Of a stretch of DNA of 64,000 bases, positions 50,031 through 61,510 are shown piece after piece. The stretch's first letter is position 1. Every line of letters starts with the position of its first letter. Source of the DNA: Octopus sinensis (Eukaryota); assembly GCF_006345805.1 (NCBI RefSeq), contig NC_043004.1, positions 6,324,001 to 6,388,000 on the forward strand, given 5' to 3'. Under the pieces are notes generated by a model. That model was given only the letters and a program-made list of their open reading frames with translations, ran no database searches and was not told where the DNA came from. Both the position numbers and the translations under genes were made by a program.

Positions 50031-51399
50031 ATATGAAGAAATACTGTAATTTTGCTTAGTGTCTTTGGAGCGATGGCCCCAAACTTCTTGTAGCAGACCT
50101 AAGAAGCTATTTTCATATAAATGTTATGTAATTATATACCTTAACATATGAATCAACAACTATAGAATTTATTGCCACCAAAAATGTAATGTTCAAAATC
50201 TAGTAGTTGAGAAGATAGTGATGTCAGAACAACAATGTTATGAAGAATGCCAGTTGAACAGCCTTCAGGAAAGTACATGATGAAGCAGTCTGTAGTGGTA
50301 GAAGCCAGATGCATTCTCATCGTTCAATAATATCAATAGATAATTTGAGGAAAATAGCAAGTGAAAAATTATTAGATAGTTTTGATTTCTTCCAGAAGGA
50401 TTATGAAGATTACTTTTGGCAATGATCCAAGTGAATGGAATTACATTTTTAATGATGGTTTTCTATCTATTTTTTGGTTCCTATACTATCCCAAGTTGTG
50501 AAATGCTTTTACAAATTCAGATTCCAGTGTGAAATATTAAAGTGTTTGTCACAGTTATGTGTCCTTCCTAGATATAACACATCAAATATATGTATTTCTT
50601 GCCAGGCCAACTTATGTGAACAGGATAACAGATTTGTTCTAAACATTTTTACTAAATATTGATAAACAAATATGAAACTTCAGACACACTACAAAATACT
50701 AACTTTATCATTAGAAATGACAAAACAATTTATGAACTCTGAAAAGTAGTGTGCCTGATATAAACTCTTGATACCAGCCTGCCTGAGACTGCCCCTCAGT
50801 CCTATGATATAAATTTCCTTCTTAACCTCATAACATAGTATCCTGTATATTTTCATTCAGAGATTTCTAGTAAATATATATTTGAACGAAAATAAATGTT
50901 TACTGTACTCTGAGGTATGCCACTTATTTCTAACCCGAAATATTTCATTCATGATATTATTCCCATTTTCTATCATTAACTATCACTTTTACCAGTAACT
51001 TCATAATAAATCATAACTGACCAAAAATAATTTGTATACTTGTTCTTCCTTATATACAGATTCAAAATAAATAATGAAAAAATATATTTTTGGCATGGAA
51101 AATGAAAAAAAAATGTGTATGTTAAGAGATTAAAGTGAACTAAATTAAAACTTTCCATCAAAATTATGTTAATTTATGTTCCAAACACGAAATTAATAAA
51201 ACTATTTTACTAAATTCTTCATTATTTTTAAAATTAATTAAAACAACAGTAATATAATAACAAAAGTGTTAAACTCCGGGATTTCAAATCTGTACATTTT
51301 GTTGTTGAGTCTCAGGTGAGCTCTTAACAGACGTATGACCAAAGGTATTCCAATCATAACCATTCCATCTTATTTTACTATATATCTGCCAACCCTACC

Positions 51400-51830
51400 A
51401 TAGGTCCAGATCTTGTTATGATGTGGTGGCTTTTAGGCCCCAATGAGCCCATGAGATATGCCAGCAGAAAGCAAGCTCTGGGTAGGGCCTCCCATACTGG
51501 ACAAGTGAAAGGGTAGAGTCCAGATGAACATAGATCACCTCTTCCCAGAGCTAAAAACGAGTTTGTGTAGAGCCAGCACCCCTAACTAGTAAAAGAAAAA
51601 CATCAAAGATATGGAATCATCAATGACAATTCAAAACCAACAAGAGCTGGAAGAAGGCCTTCTTTGGGAAAACACATCAGCATGGTGCAGCAAAATCTGA
51701 AAGAAAGCTGCAGCTGCAAGGAAGCAGGGATCCAAATGGAGGGAAGCGGAAAAGACTGCTTAGAGTCAAGAACAGTGGAGAAAAGATAATGTTGATAGCC
51801 CATGTCCCATAAAAAGATGAGAAGCTTAAG
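51400..51830 (+). mobile_element. Short RTE-derived element (5'UTR-like segment joined to the ORF C-terminus)
   Basis: Peptide KWREAEKTA*SQEQWRK..VDSPCP resembles the RTE C-terminal W....A.DR..WR..V..LC motif; the upstream segment resembles an RTE 5'UTR (inference). Confidence 0.5.
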
Positions 51831-52424
51831 TATCTAGCACCACAATATCGATTGTGTCCTTCCTTTTTCAAGATGATATATGGTTTTAGATAAATTTGAT
51901 TGCTATTTCTTACAGATTAAGCAATCATATAGAGATCTTTCACTGACTTCATATTTTTGTTAATAGTAACTTGCATTAAATACTAAATTCAAGTTTTCGT
52001 TGCAATGGCATATTTTATCCATCATAGGAGAATCCCTGTCACTGGATTCAAACCATCCTCTAACAATTTTTTTTTCATGTTAAACTCTCTCACTCTCTCT
52101 CTCTCTCAAATAATACCCATTTCAATAGCAACAATCATAATTACTTCAAAGTGACAGACTATTGAGTAAATAATATTAGACCACTATCAATACTAAAACA
52201 GATAACTGGAGCTTGGGAAGCTCTCTAGCGGGCCAGCTCTTGTCAAACAATCCAACCCATGCCAGCATGGCAAATAGATTTTAAATGATGGTGGTTTTTG
52301 TTTTAGAAATACCTTTGAAAAGTGATTCACTTCATGTTGTTGAAAGATATATACTAATATTTAAACAATTTATCTAAAAACTAATTCCCAGAGGTGCTGA
52401 CAATTTATATATTTTCTTTTATTC

Positions 52425-52780
52425 TTTTACTTGTTTCAGTCATTTGACTGCAGCCATGTTGGAGCACCACCTTTAGTCAAACAAATTGACCCCAGTACCT
52501 ATTCTATCATTCTCTTTTGCTGAACCGCTAAGTTATGGAGACATAAAACACACCAACATCACTTGTCAAGCAATGGTGGGGGGACAAACACAGACACACA
52601 CATACATAAATCTACATATATTAGACAGGCTTCTTTCAGTTTCCGTCTACCAAATCTACTCATAAGGATTTGGTCAGCCTGAGGCTATAGTAGGAGACAC
52701 TTGCCCAAGATGCCACACAGTGGGACTGAACCCGGAACCATGTTGTTGAGAAGCAAGCTTCTTACCACACAGCCACTACT
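52425..52780 (-). mobile_element. SINE family A
   Basis: rc tail, core and head. Confidence 0.85.
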
Positions 52781-53039
52781 ATTGTATGTTAATATCTCAA
52801 TAAATTACATGATAATTTCACATATTAACACTCAATTCAGGTACAAGAGAAATAGGAAGAAAGAGTGAGAGAAAGTTGTGGTGAAAGAGTACAGAAGGAT
52901 TTGCCACCACCCACTGCCGGAGCCTCGTGGAGCTTTAGGTGTTTTCGAATAGAGTTTTAGGTAGCAAAATTAAAATATATAAGTAGATAGAATATTTTCA
53001 CCAAAACGGAAAGTTGACTAAAATTCATTCATGTAGGAA

Positions 53040-53360
53040 CAGGTATGGCTGTGTGCTTAAAAACTTTGCAACCACATGAATTCGGGTTCAGTCCTCATGC
53101 AGCACTTTGAGCAAGTGTCTTCGACTATAGCCAAGCTAACCAATACCTTGCGTGTGAATTAGGTAAACAGATTCTGTGTGGAAGCTCATCAGGTGCATGT
53201 GTGTGTGTATCTTCAGACACCACGTAACAACTAGTGTTGGTTTGTTTACATCTCCATAGCTTAGCAGTTTGGCAAAAGGGATAATAAAGTAAGTAGCAAG
53301 CTTTAAAAAAAAGTACTGGGGTTAATTTGTTTAAGGTGGTGCTCCAGCATGGCCGTATTC
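53040..53360 (+). mobile_element. SINE family A (degraded)
   Basis: Head, core and tail motifs present. Confidence 0.7.
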
Positions 53361-53704
53361 CAATACCTGACACTAATTTTGCTTAGTTAATACGAAAGGA
53401 CTTAGCGTTTAGTCTTCGTGTTCTTTTATTGTTGTATATCTGTAATAAATAATCCGCCCCAAGTAGTACTGTTAGGCTAAAGATTTTTTGAAATTATCTG
53501 TAATCTACCAAAGATGGTTTTCCAGAAAATTCTTCAGATTATTTTGTTCTTATACCCTCCACTAATTCTATAGATTGGGAGAGCAGATATTTTACCAATT
53601 CCACAACTGAGTCAGAACACTTGGTTATTAGCAAACTTTGGACAAGTGTCCAACTTCACTCTGTAATTCTTGTAAAACGCTTTAGAAAGCAGTGGAATAG
53701 GCTA

Positions 53705-53880
53705 CGCCACGTAGCTAAAAGGGGAGCAAGAGGAGCGACCGCTCTCCTTGAGCACATTCTTCAAAATTGACCCCTTTTATAAAATGTATAATCGATGAGT
53801 TAAAATTTGTTTGGTATGTATCATGGCGCCTTTTTTTTTATGAGCTCACTCCCCCTAACATTAGAACCTGGCTACGTTCC
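53705..53880. mobile_element. Possible PIF/Harbinger-like MITE
   Basis: ACGTAGCTA...GGGG / CCCC...TGGCTACGT imperfect TIRs. Confidence 0.4.
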
Positions 53881-54080
53881 TGTTAGTTTTATATACATAA
53901 ATACTTCAGATCACATCAATAGTACTGATAAGGAAACAATCTAGGAAGCAGGTTTCAAACTGTTTGCTTTTTATGTGCCCTCTGGTACTCTTTTTCTTTG
54001 ACACAATAAACAACAACATTAGGACTTTGTACAAAATGAACATTTATAAGCTCAGTTCCAGTCAAGGTACATAAACATCG

Positions 54081-54420
54081 TGGCAGTCCGTCGGTTACGA
54101 CGATGAGGGTTCCAGTTGATCCGATCATCAGAACAGCTTGCTCGTGAAATTAACGTGCAAGTGGCTGAGCACTCCACAGACACGTATACCATACCCTTAA
54201 CGTAGTTCTCAGAGGAGATTCAGCGGAACACAGAGTGTGACAAGGCTGGCCCTTTGAAATACAGGTACAAAAGAAACAGGAAGAAAGAGTAAGAGAAAGT
54301 TGCGGTGAAAGAGTATAGAAGGGTTCGCCACCACCCACTGCCGGACCCTCGTGGAGCTTTAGGTGTTTTCGCTCAATAAACACTGACAACGCCCGTCTGG
54401 GAATCGAAACCGCGAGTCCA
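54081..54420 (-). mobile_element. Chimeric SINE: family D head/body + family C tail
   Basis: 54270-54420 aligns to the D family; 54081-54270 aligns to the 3' half of 34125-34447. Confidence 0.8.
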
Positions 54421-54450
54421 CATATACATATGCATGGTACATAGACATGT

Positions 54451-54580
54451 AGGCGCAGGAGTGGCTGTGTGGTAAGTATCCTGCTAACCAGCCACATGGT
54501 TCCGGGTTCAGTCCCCGGGCCGACCAATGCTTTGTGAGTGGATTTGGTAGACGGAAACTGAAAGAAGCCTGTCGTGTATG

Positions 54581-54647
<67 letters not shown>

Positions 54648-54845
54648 TTGTGTGTCTGTGTTTCTCCCCCTAGCGTTGCTTGACAACCGATGCAGGTGTG
54701 TTTACGTCCCCGTCACTTAGCGGTTCGGCAAAAGAGACCGATAGAATAAGTACTGGGCTTACAAAGAATAAGTCCCGGGGTCGATTTGCGGTGCTCCAGC
54801 ATGGCTGCAGTCAAATGACTGAAACAAGTAAAAGAGTAAAGAGTA
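54451..54845 (+). mobile_element. SINE family A, CpG-rich copy
   Basis: Near-consensus head, core and tail (AAAAGAGT repeats). Confidence 0.9.
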
Positions 54846-54925
54846 TGTACGTGCGCAGGGAACTTGATGACGAAGAGAAACTAAACTAAAAAATATTTTA
54901 CACAAATTAAAACTATGAATAAATA

Positions 54926-55138
54926 CAGTGTGGAAGACACATTAGCCATTCAAAAGCACATAAAAATTGTTCACTTTGGTGTCAACATTTTCGTCGCACC
55001 AAATGTGACCTTAGTCACTGGACATGGTTCCACTGGAGTTGAGGAGACGAACATGTTGACACCAGATAAATAAATGTTTAAGTGTAGTTATCGGTTTCCG
55101 TGTGTGCTTTTGAATGGCTCAAAGTGTCTTCCACACTA
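54926..55138. mobile_element. Tc1/mariner-type MITE
   Basis: TA-CAGTGTGGAAGACAC..AGCCATTCAAAAGCACA / TGTGCTTTTGAATGGCT..GTGTCTTCCACACT ~35-bp TIRs; inner IR at 54977-54995 / 55046-55064. Confidence 0.75.
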
Positions 55139-55278
55139 ATTGTTTTAGCTTCAGCACAATCTCAGATCTGACTTATTTTCAATAGCAGTAACCACACCTC
55201 GAGTAACTGTCATTGCTATGATACCGCCTCTAAAATTATAAAACAGGAAGACGAAGTGAATTGTTCGAAATAGTTAAC

Positions 55279-55680
55279 GCAGGTGTGGCTGTGTGGTAAG
55301 TAGCTTGCTTACGAACCACATGGTTCCGGGCTCAGTCCCACTGCGTGGCACCTTGGGCGTCTTCTACTATAGCCTCGGGCCGACCAAGGCCTTGTGAGTG
55401 GATTTGGTAGACGGAAACTGAAAGAAGCCCGTCGTATATATGTATGTATGTATATATATATGTGTGTGTGTGTGTTAGTGTTTGTCCCCCCAACATCGCT
55501 TGACAACCGATTCTGGTGTGTTTACGTCCCTGTTACCTTGCGGTTCGGCAAATGTGGCCGATAGAATAAGTACTAGGCGTACAAAGAATAAGTCCTGGGG
55601 TTGATTTGCTCGACTAAAGGCGGTGCTCCAGCATGGCCACAGTCAAACGACTGAAACCAGTAAAAGAGAGTAAAGAGTAC
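55279..55680 (+). mobile_element. SINE family A, CpG-rich copy
   Basis: Near-consensus head, core and tail. Confidence 0.9.
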
Positions 55681-56079
55681 CAGTGCTGAAAGCATAGTTT
55701 CATATGAAGTGAAAACTTAGTAGTTATTCCCCAAAATTGCTTATGCCTTCGCTTACCCTCTATTGTTTCATGGGTTAAGTAGGTTTATCAAAGTGCAATA
55801 AAACAGCTGATAACCCTTTCAAAAGTCATTCAAATAGACTCAACATATCAAAAGTCAAAATTTAATATCTTTAGGTAATTTGAAGTTTTTACCACCAAGT
55901 GATAGAGACACATGCCAAAACTAAACAGTCTAACAAGAAGAGGGTAATTTTTTTTTTTTTTTTTTTACTTTCCATGAAACAAATAGCTTTAAGATATAAA
56001 GTAGTCGGTACTACTTTAATACAGAGGTTCCTAAAAACTAACCCTACGGATATTTAAGTAGTGCCAAGTAGTCTACTAA

Positions 56080-56432
56080 TCTCTCTATATATAAAGCTGA
56101 AGTTGTCTGCGTATGGCAGGTTTGGTAGCCTTCAACTAACACGATCTCGCAAGTTGACCAAAATTGAGAGTATGATAGAAGAAGGTTTGCTCTTGAAAAA
56201 ATTCAAACCGGACCATGTTAACACCAAAAATTATTTACATCAAAAATGTGCTTTTTTTCTATGAAAATACTTATTTTTTAACGATTTTTTTTACGGCTGT
56301 GTCGCCATTTTTCGGTGTATTTCAACCAGAAAAATGTTCATTTTTGCTACATAATGCAAAACTTTTACTTTTCAAAAATTCCAATTCTAAAGGGTCGAAA
56401 CAAACCCGAGCAACGCCGGGCGATACTGCTAG
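56080..56432 (+). mobile_element. Non-autonomous Helitron
   Basis: 5' TC after A; 3' hairpin CCCGAGC-AAC-GCCGGG (56405-20), 8-nt spacer, CTAG followed by T. Confidence 0.85.
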
Positions 56433-59400
56433 TGTTCCTAAAAACTAACCCTACGGGTATTTAAGTAGTGCCAAGTAGTCTACTAATTAGTCTTCATGGT
56501 AAGTTCATAACTAACAAATACCAAAATGAGAGTAACAAGTACTAAAAGAACGATTCTACATTCTTTGAGTTTGTACGAAGCCATTTAGTTTTTGGAAAGC
56601 AAATACGACTAAGGAAGGGTGAACGAACATTTAAAGTACTTTGTAAATGATATTAGAGTGAAGATACTTAGGCACGTGTTGAGAAAATATTAAGAGAAGC
56701 CAGGTGTGAAATAAATCGATGAGAAGCCTATTTTGAGATGTCTCTGTGTACATAATAATGCTGTTCACTGGACAGAACCAAACAAAACCAATACACGTGC
56801 AACATGGCTACCGATATTTTCTCTGCAGCAACAGATATGATCAATAAAATATATAAATAAATGCTGACAGCTTTATATCGCAGTTCAGAGAACTCATTCG
56901 AGACATAATATGAATGCTAGAGGGCAATGAGTAAATGGCATAACTGAATAAATTGAAGGGCTTGTTTATTATTTTCATAATATTTTCATTTAAGATTAAC
57001 TTATAGTTTATGGTAACGTTTACAACAAATAAATTAATGTTAATTAATGTATTTCCTTACAGCATTAACGTATCGACAAGTCATTCAGAAGCATAATTTA
57101 TGACATTCAGTCACCAACTCGAAGTAGAAGTAAATGCCAACAGAATCAAACCACTGAATTTTATTGTAAATTAGACGGAGGGGTCGGGCCATAAATTACT
57201 TCGCATAGTGATCATTTAATTATCTTTCTCTGTGTCCACTTGTGAATGTGTGTGTGTGTGTTATACACACTGACCAAAAAATAATTCCAAACAATCGTTC
57301 TTGTAACTTAGCGAGAATTCTAAAATATTGCTTGACATCGGGAGACTTCCAGAGGTTTCGGAAATACAGAATTAACTGTAACTTGGATGCTGTGTTCTAA
57401 TACAGCACCCAAGTTAAGTTGGAGAGAAAGAACCATAATGACGTTTGCGTTTTTGTGTTGAAAACTTAGGTTCGTTTCCAGTTTGACCTTGTAGTTAGTT
57501 ATATAACTGGTACCTATGTTAGCGGAGTTTGGAATAGCATATGAGGAAATCCAAAGATAAAAAACTGAAATTTTTGTAACTTAAGGATACAAAAAGAAAA
57601 ATAACTGAAGGAAAACAGACCCAGTTGCTTAATCTTCTTCTCCCCTATGAGGAAATGATAGTTTTTTCCCGAAACTCTGACCTTATCGACACAGAGATTA
57701 AAATAAAAGGAGACATTACGACTCTAGAGTGATTTGAACTAAAACAAAAAAAAAACTTCCGCCAAATGCACTTTCACTTTCTTTCCTCATAACATAGGAC
57801 GTCTGCTCAGAAGGCGGTTACAGGGGTTTCGTGGTCTGTGAAAAATTTAGAAATATTTATTTGTAAGAGATAGCTTGTCAAATGTGAATAAACAAATAAT
57901 AAGGCATGTTCTTTCTCTAAGTGCAATATCGAAACGAAAAAAAAAATCATCGATGTATAAAAAAAATCAAAAATTTATTCGGATTTATTTTACAATTGAA
58001 AATAAATTAAATTAATCTGTAAGAACTCGGATTAATTTGATTCTCTAATCTACTGCTTATTTATCAATAAAGAAGGTAGAAAAATAGAAGTTAACTGAAC
58101 GTATTGTCCTAGGCAGCCGATACAAGGAAAACAAACACACACGCATATACTGTTCGACAATATCTATTATACATAACACAGAATAAATTAGACGAACCGA
58201 AATTTAAATATAAAATCTTAACATACTCTAATACGCGGAAAAAAGGCTTTATAATACTTGAATTTATTACATTTTCTGTTCAATTAGTGCTCGGCAACAA
58301 CAATGAACGTGCTTACTGAAATAACATCGAACATTTCCACTTAATAAATTCATTGAAATGAAGTATATACTAAATATGTATTTTAAAACAAGTGTCTCTT
58401 AAACACGGACGAGAAGTATCTAAATATAGAAAGTTAATTTATTTCATCAAGAATAGCGGGGTAAATTCCTTGAGTAAATACATGCACCAATATATGCATG
58501 AACGAAGGAAAGAATGAATGAAGAATATTAAAAATGGATTAAGGGAATAAACTAGAAATACTAGGAAGGAGTTAAAAGAACTGTACACTTGTGCATGAAG
58601 AAGACTACTCGCTTGATTTGCAACGATAGCAGCTAAATTTCCCTCAAATTGCATCCTACCATTTTATACAAGGATAGGACACGATGGATACAATACAACC
58701 ATAAAAAGACAGGATGGTCATGTTTGGAATGCCTTAGAACATAGGCCTGCTTGATCAAATTGATTTGGATTAAGCAACAGCAATAATCATGTAGACTGTT
58801 GCTTATACCGGTCATGTCTTGCACTGATGAATGATGATCGATATAATTGCCGTTAGAGGTTAAACATAAAGAAAAGATTATTTTTATCGTCAGCCAATTC
58901 ATTCTTTGATTTTTATACACCCACATACTTAATTTAAGAGCAAACAACAAGCTTCACCTAATTTACTCCAAACTAGTTTAAAAACTTACACGACGCGTAA
59001 CTGGAAAAAGTTGATTTATTTATATTTTATTTTCCTATAATATTTCATTTATGCTTGTCGTTACCCATTATCAGTTATTTTATTTTCATTTAATTTCTTT
59101 TTAATAAAAGAAAAAAAAAACCAGCTTAATAAGAATCACTCTGTACGAGGTGGTAGTCTACAGGTGGGAAAATTTTTTAACGGTTTACAACACTTAATTA
59201 CGAAAACGTACGTGCGCGTGAGTATGTATTTCAAGCAGAAACGGATCCATAAAAAAAAAAACACATGTTGAAATATATATAACGGAAATAAATTTTGATT
59301 TTGCCAAGTCTCAACCGTAAGGTACGCAAATTCGTTTCCACCTGGGTATAAATTTAATAAAGGAAGTGTGATGACTAATCCCATGAGACATATATATGTG

Positions 59401-60173
59401 TGTGTGTGTGTGTGTGTTATAGATCGTCCGTGTGTTTCTTTTTCGGATTTATGTTTACGGACGATATATATACTCAATATATGTCCTGTACCCATATATG
59501 CATGTATATATATATATATATATACATGTAGGTATGTACATATATGTATGTATATATGCATATATTTATAATATATCATATATATTATTATTATTATTAT
59601 TATTATACAATATGTGTGTGTGATAAGTACATAACGCGGGTATGTGTGCGTTTATAAAGTGTATGTATGTAATGTAGATAGATAAAATGTTATGTGAGCT
59701 GACGGATAGTATATTATGCAACAAGTCTAGAGTTTCATACCTCGAACTCCTATAACTAATACAAAATTATATATTCTCAGCTTCTTTGTATTGAGTTTCA
59801 TTTCCATGAGAAAAGTATAACCTAATACATATATATAGAAAAATAGGAGGCATCACGAAATACATGTATTATTTGGTACTCAATCTTGTAAACCTCTTCT
59901 GATGGACAGGAAATTCTATTTTTTGTCTTTGCTATCGAAACGGCTAATACTAACGACTTGTAAGTCTTTCATCACCACCACTACCACCTCTGTAAAAGAA
60001 ATCCTATAATCAAGTTAATTACTTCTTGTAAATGAAAGTTGTACGCAAGACATGATCTGCAGACACAGCACAGAAAAAAAGCACGCTTATATACAGACTG
60101 GGTTTAATTGAGGAAATTCGCATTCGAAGAATCTCAATCAAAAAAGGAATGAATGAACATATTAATTACTCAC

Positions 60174-60385
60174 CTTGCATTAGAGTTTTAAATCATACTA
60201 CAGTATATAAGGTATATCCATCCGAGAGACAAACACTGCCGTCGAATGATAGCTTTATCATAGAAATATTTTAGCTTGTGGAAAGACAAAAATGTTTAAA
60301 TATCGCCGGTAGTAATAAAATAATAATTTTAAAATAGTCGAGACAAGATTTACATACATCGACAGTACAACAACTCGGCTGCTAT
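60174..60385 (-). other. Probable first exon of a minus-strand gene (TSS position approximate)
   Basis: Strong donor ATGCAAG|GTGAGTAA at 60174/60173, downstream of the promoter motifs; CpG-containing non-repeat sequence. Confidence 0.45.
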
Positions 60386-60389
60386 GCCA

Positions 60390-60480
60390 GACGTTTGAGT
60401 CATCTGCTGTTATATAAACGTCACTTCCGTCCGTTTATGTAACGACTTAACCGGACAAGTTAATACGTCCGGTATAGAAC
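60390..60480 (-). promoter_or_regulatory. Candidate core promoter: ETS-CRE composite, TATA-like and AP-1 sites
   Basis: Minus-strand CGGAAGTGACG (60419-29) abuts TTTATATAA (60410-18); TGAGTCA (60396-402); CpG-dense. Confidence 0.55.
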
Positions 60481-60824
60481 CTGATTTAACATGTTGAAAA
60501 GTTGTTCGGTTATATAGTTTGCTTCTTTTTTTTTAATTTAAATTACGGTTTTCTTTGTTTTTTTATAAAATATATAATTGTAATTTATTGATGAAATGCG
60601 AAGAATTCAACTAATTCACAAGAGAAAATTTGAAAAAAAAAATTAAATCCAATGATAAAATGGATAAAAAGTGGGTTGATGTCATTTTATTAATATACAT
60701 TTTATAATTTAATAAATATTTAGCAATTAATATGTACATAAAATTATATATATATATCGTTTGTAGAAATACATAAATCCAGAGGAGAAACACACTCTTA
60801 AGATGTAGAGTAGTTAATATTATA

Positions 60825-61040
60825 ACGAGGGAGGCCGGTTTATGGGGTTACTCTGGGTTTCCCGTTCATATGGGATAATGCTGGCCTAAGATCTCTTCAA
60901 AATATGGAGGGAGGTATTTCCCCCTCCATGTTTTGAAGAGGTCTTACTTAGGCCAGCAGTGTCTGGGGTCTGAAGATACGCTGTAAAGCTAAACCCATTG
61001 TGAGCGAGAAACCCAGGGTAACCCCATAAACTGGACTCCA

Positions 61041-61044
<4 letters not shown>
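60825..61044. mobile_element. Foldback MITE with nested inverted repeats
   Basis: GG.G.CC.GTTTATGGGGTTAC.CTGGGTTTC TIRs; inner TGCTGGCCTAAG/CTTAGGCCAGCA and CTCTTCAAAA.ATGGAGGG hairpin; TA flanks. Confidence 0.75.
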
Positions 61045-61080
<36 letters not shown>

Positions 61081-61165
61081 TGCAGACATGACACACACAC
61101 ACAATCCATCCAGCCATACATACACGCATACAAGTGCGCACGCACACACACAAGATAGATAACAT

Positions 61166-61510
61166 AGGCGCAGGCATAGTTGTGTGGTTAAGAAGCTTGA
61201 TTTGCAACCACTTGGTTTCTGGTTCCTCAGCAGATCTTTTCCACTATAGCCCAGGGCCAATCAAATTCACTCACAATACCTTGTGAGTGAATTTGATAGA
61301 AGCTATGTTGAAGTCCACCATATTTGTATATGCATACAAATGAGTTTGTGTTTTCCCTCTCCCACCCTGCTTCCACTTGACAACCGTTGTTGGTTTGTTT
61401 ACATCCCCGTAACTTAATGATTCAGCAATAAGAGGCCAGTAGAATAAATACCAAACTTAAAAAATAACTTTTGGCTAAACCTTTCATGGTGGTACTCCAT
61501 GGTCACCCCA
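61166..61510 (+). mobile_element. SINE family A (degraded)
   Basis: Head, core and tail motifs present. Confidence 0.7.

Noticed and set aside
50200-50460. Possible ancient transposase fragment (..NDPSEW..)
   Set aside because: Only a few residues match, it needs frameshifts, and there are no TIRs or follow-on motifs
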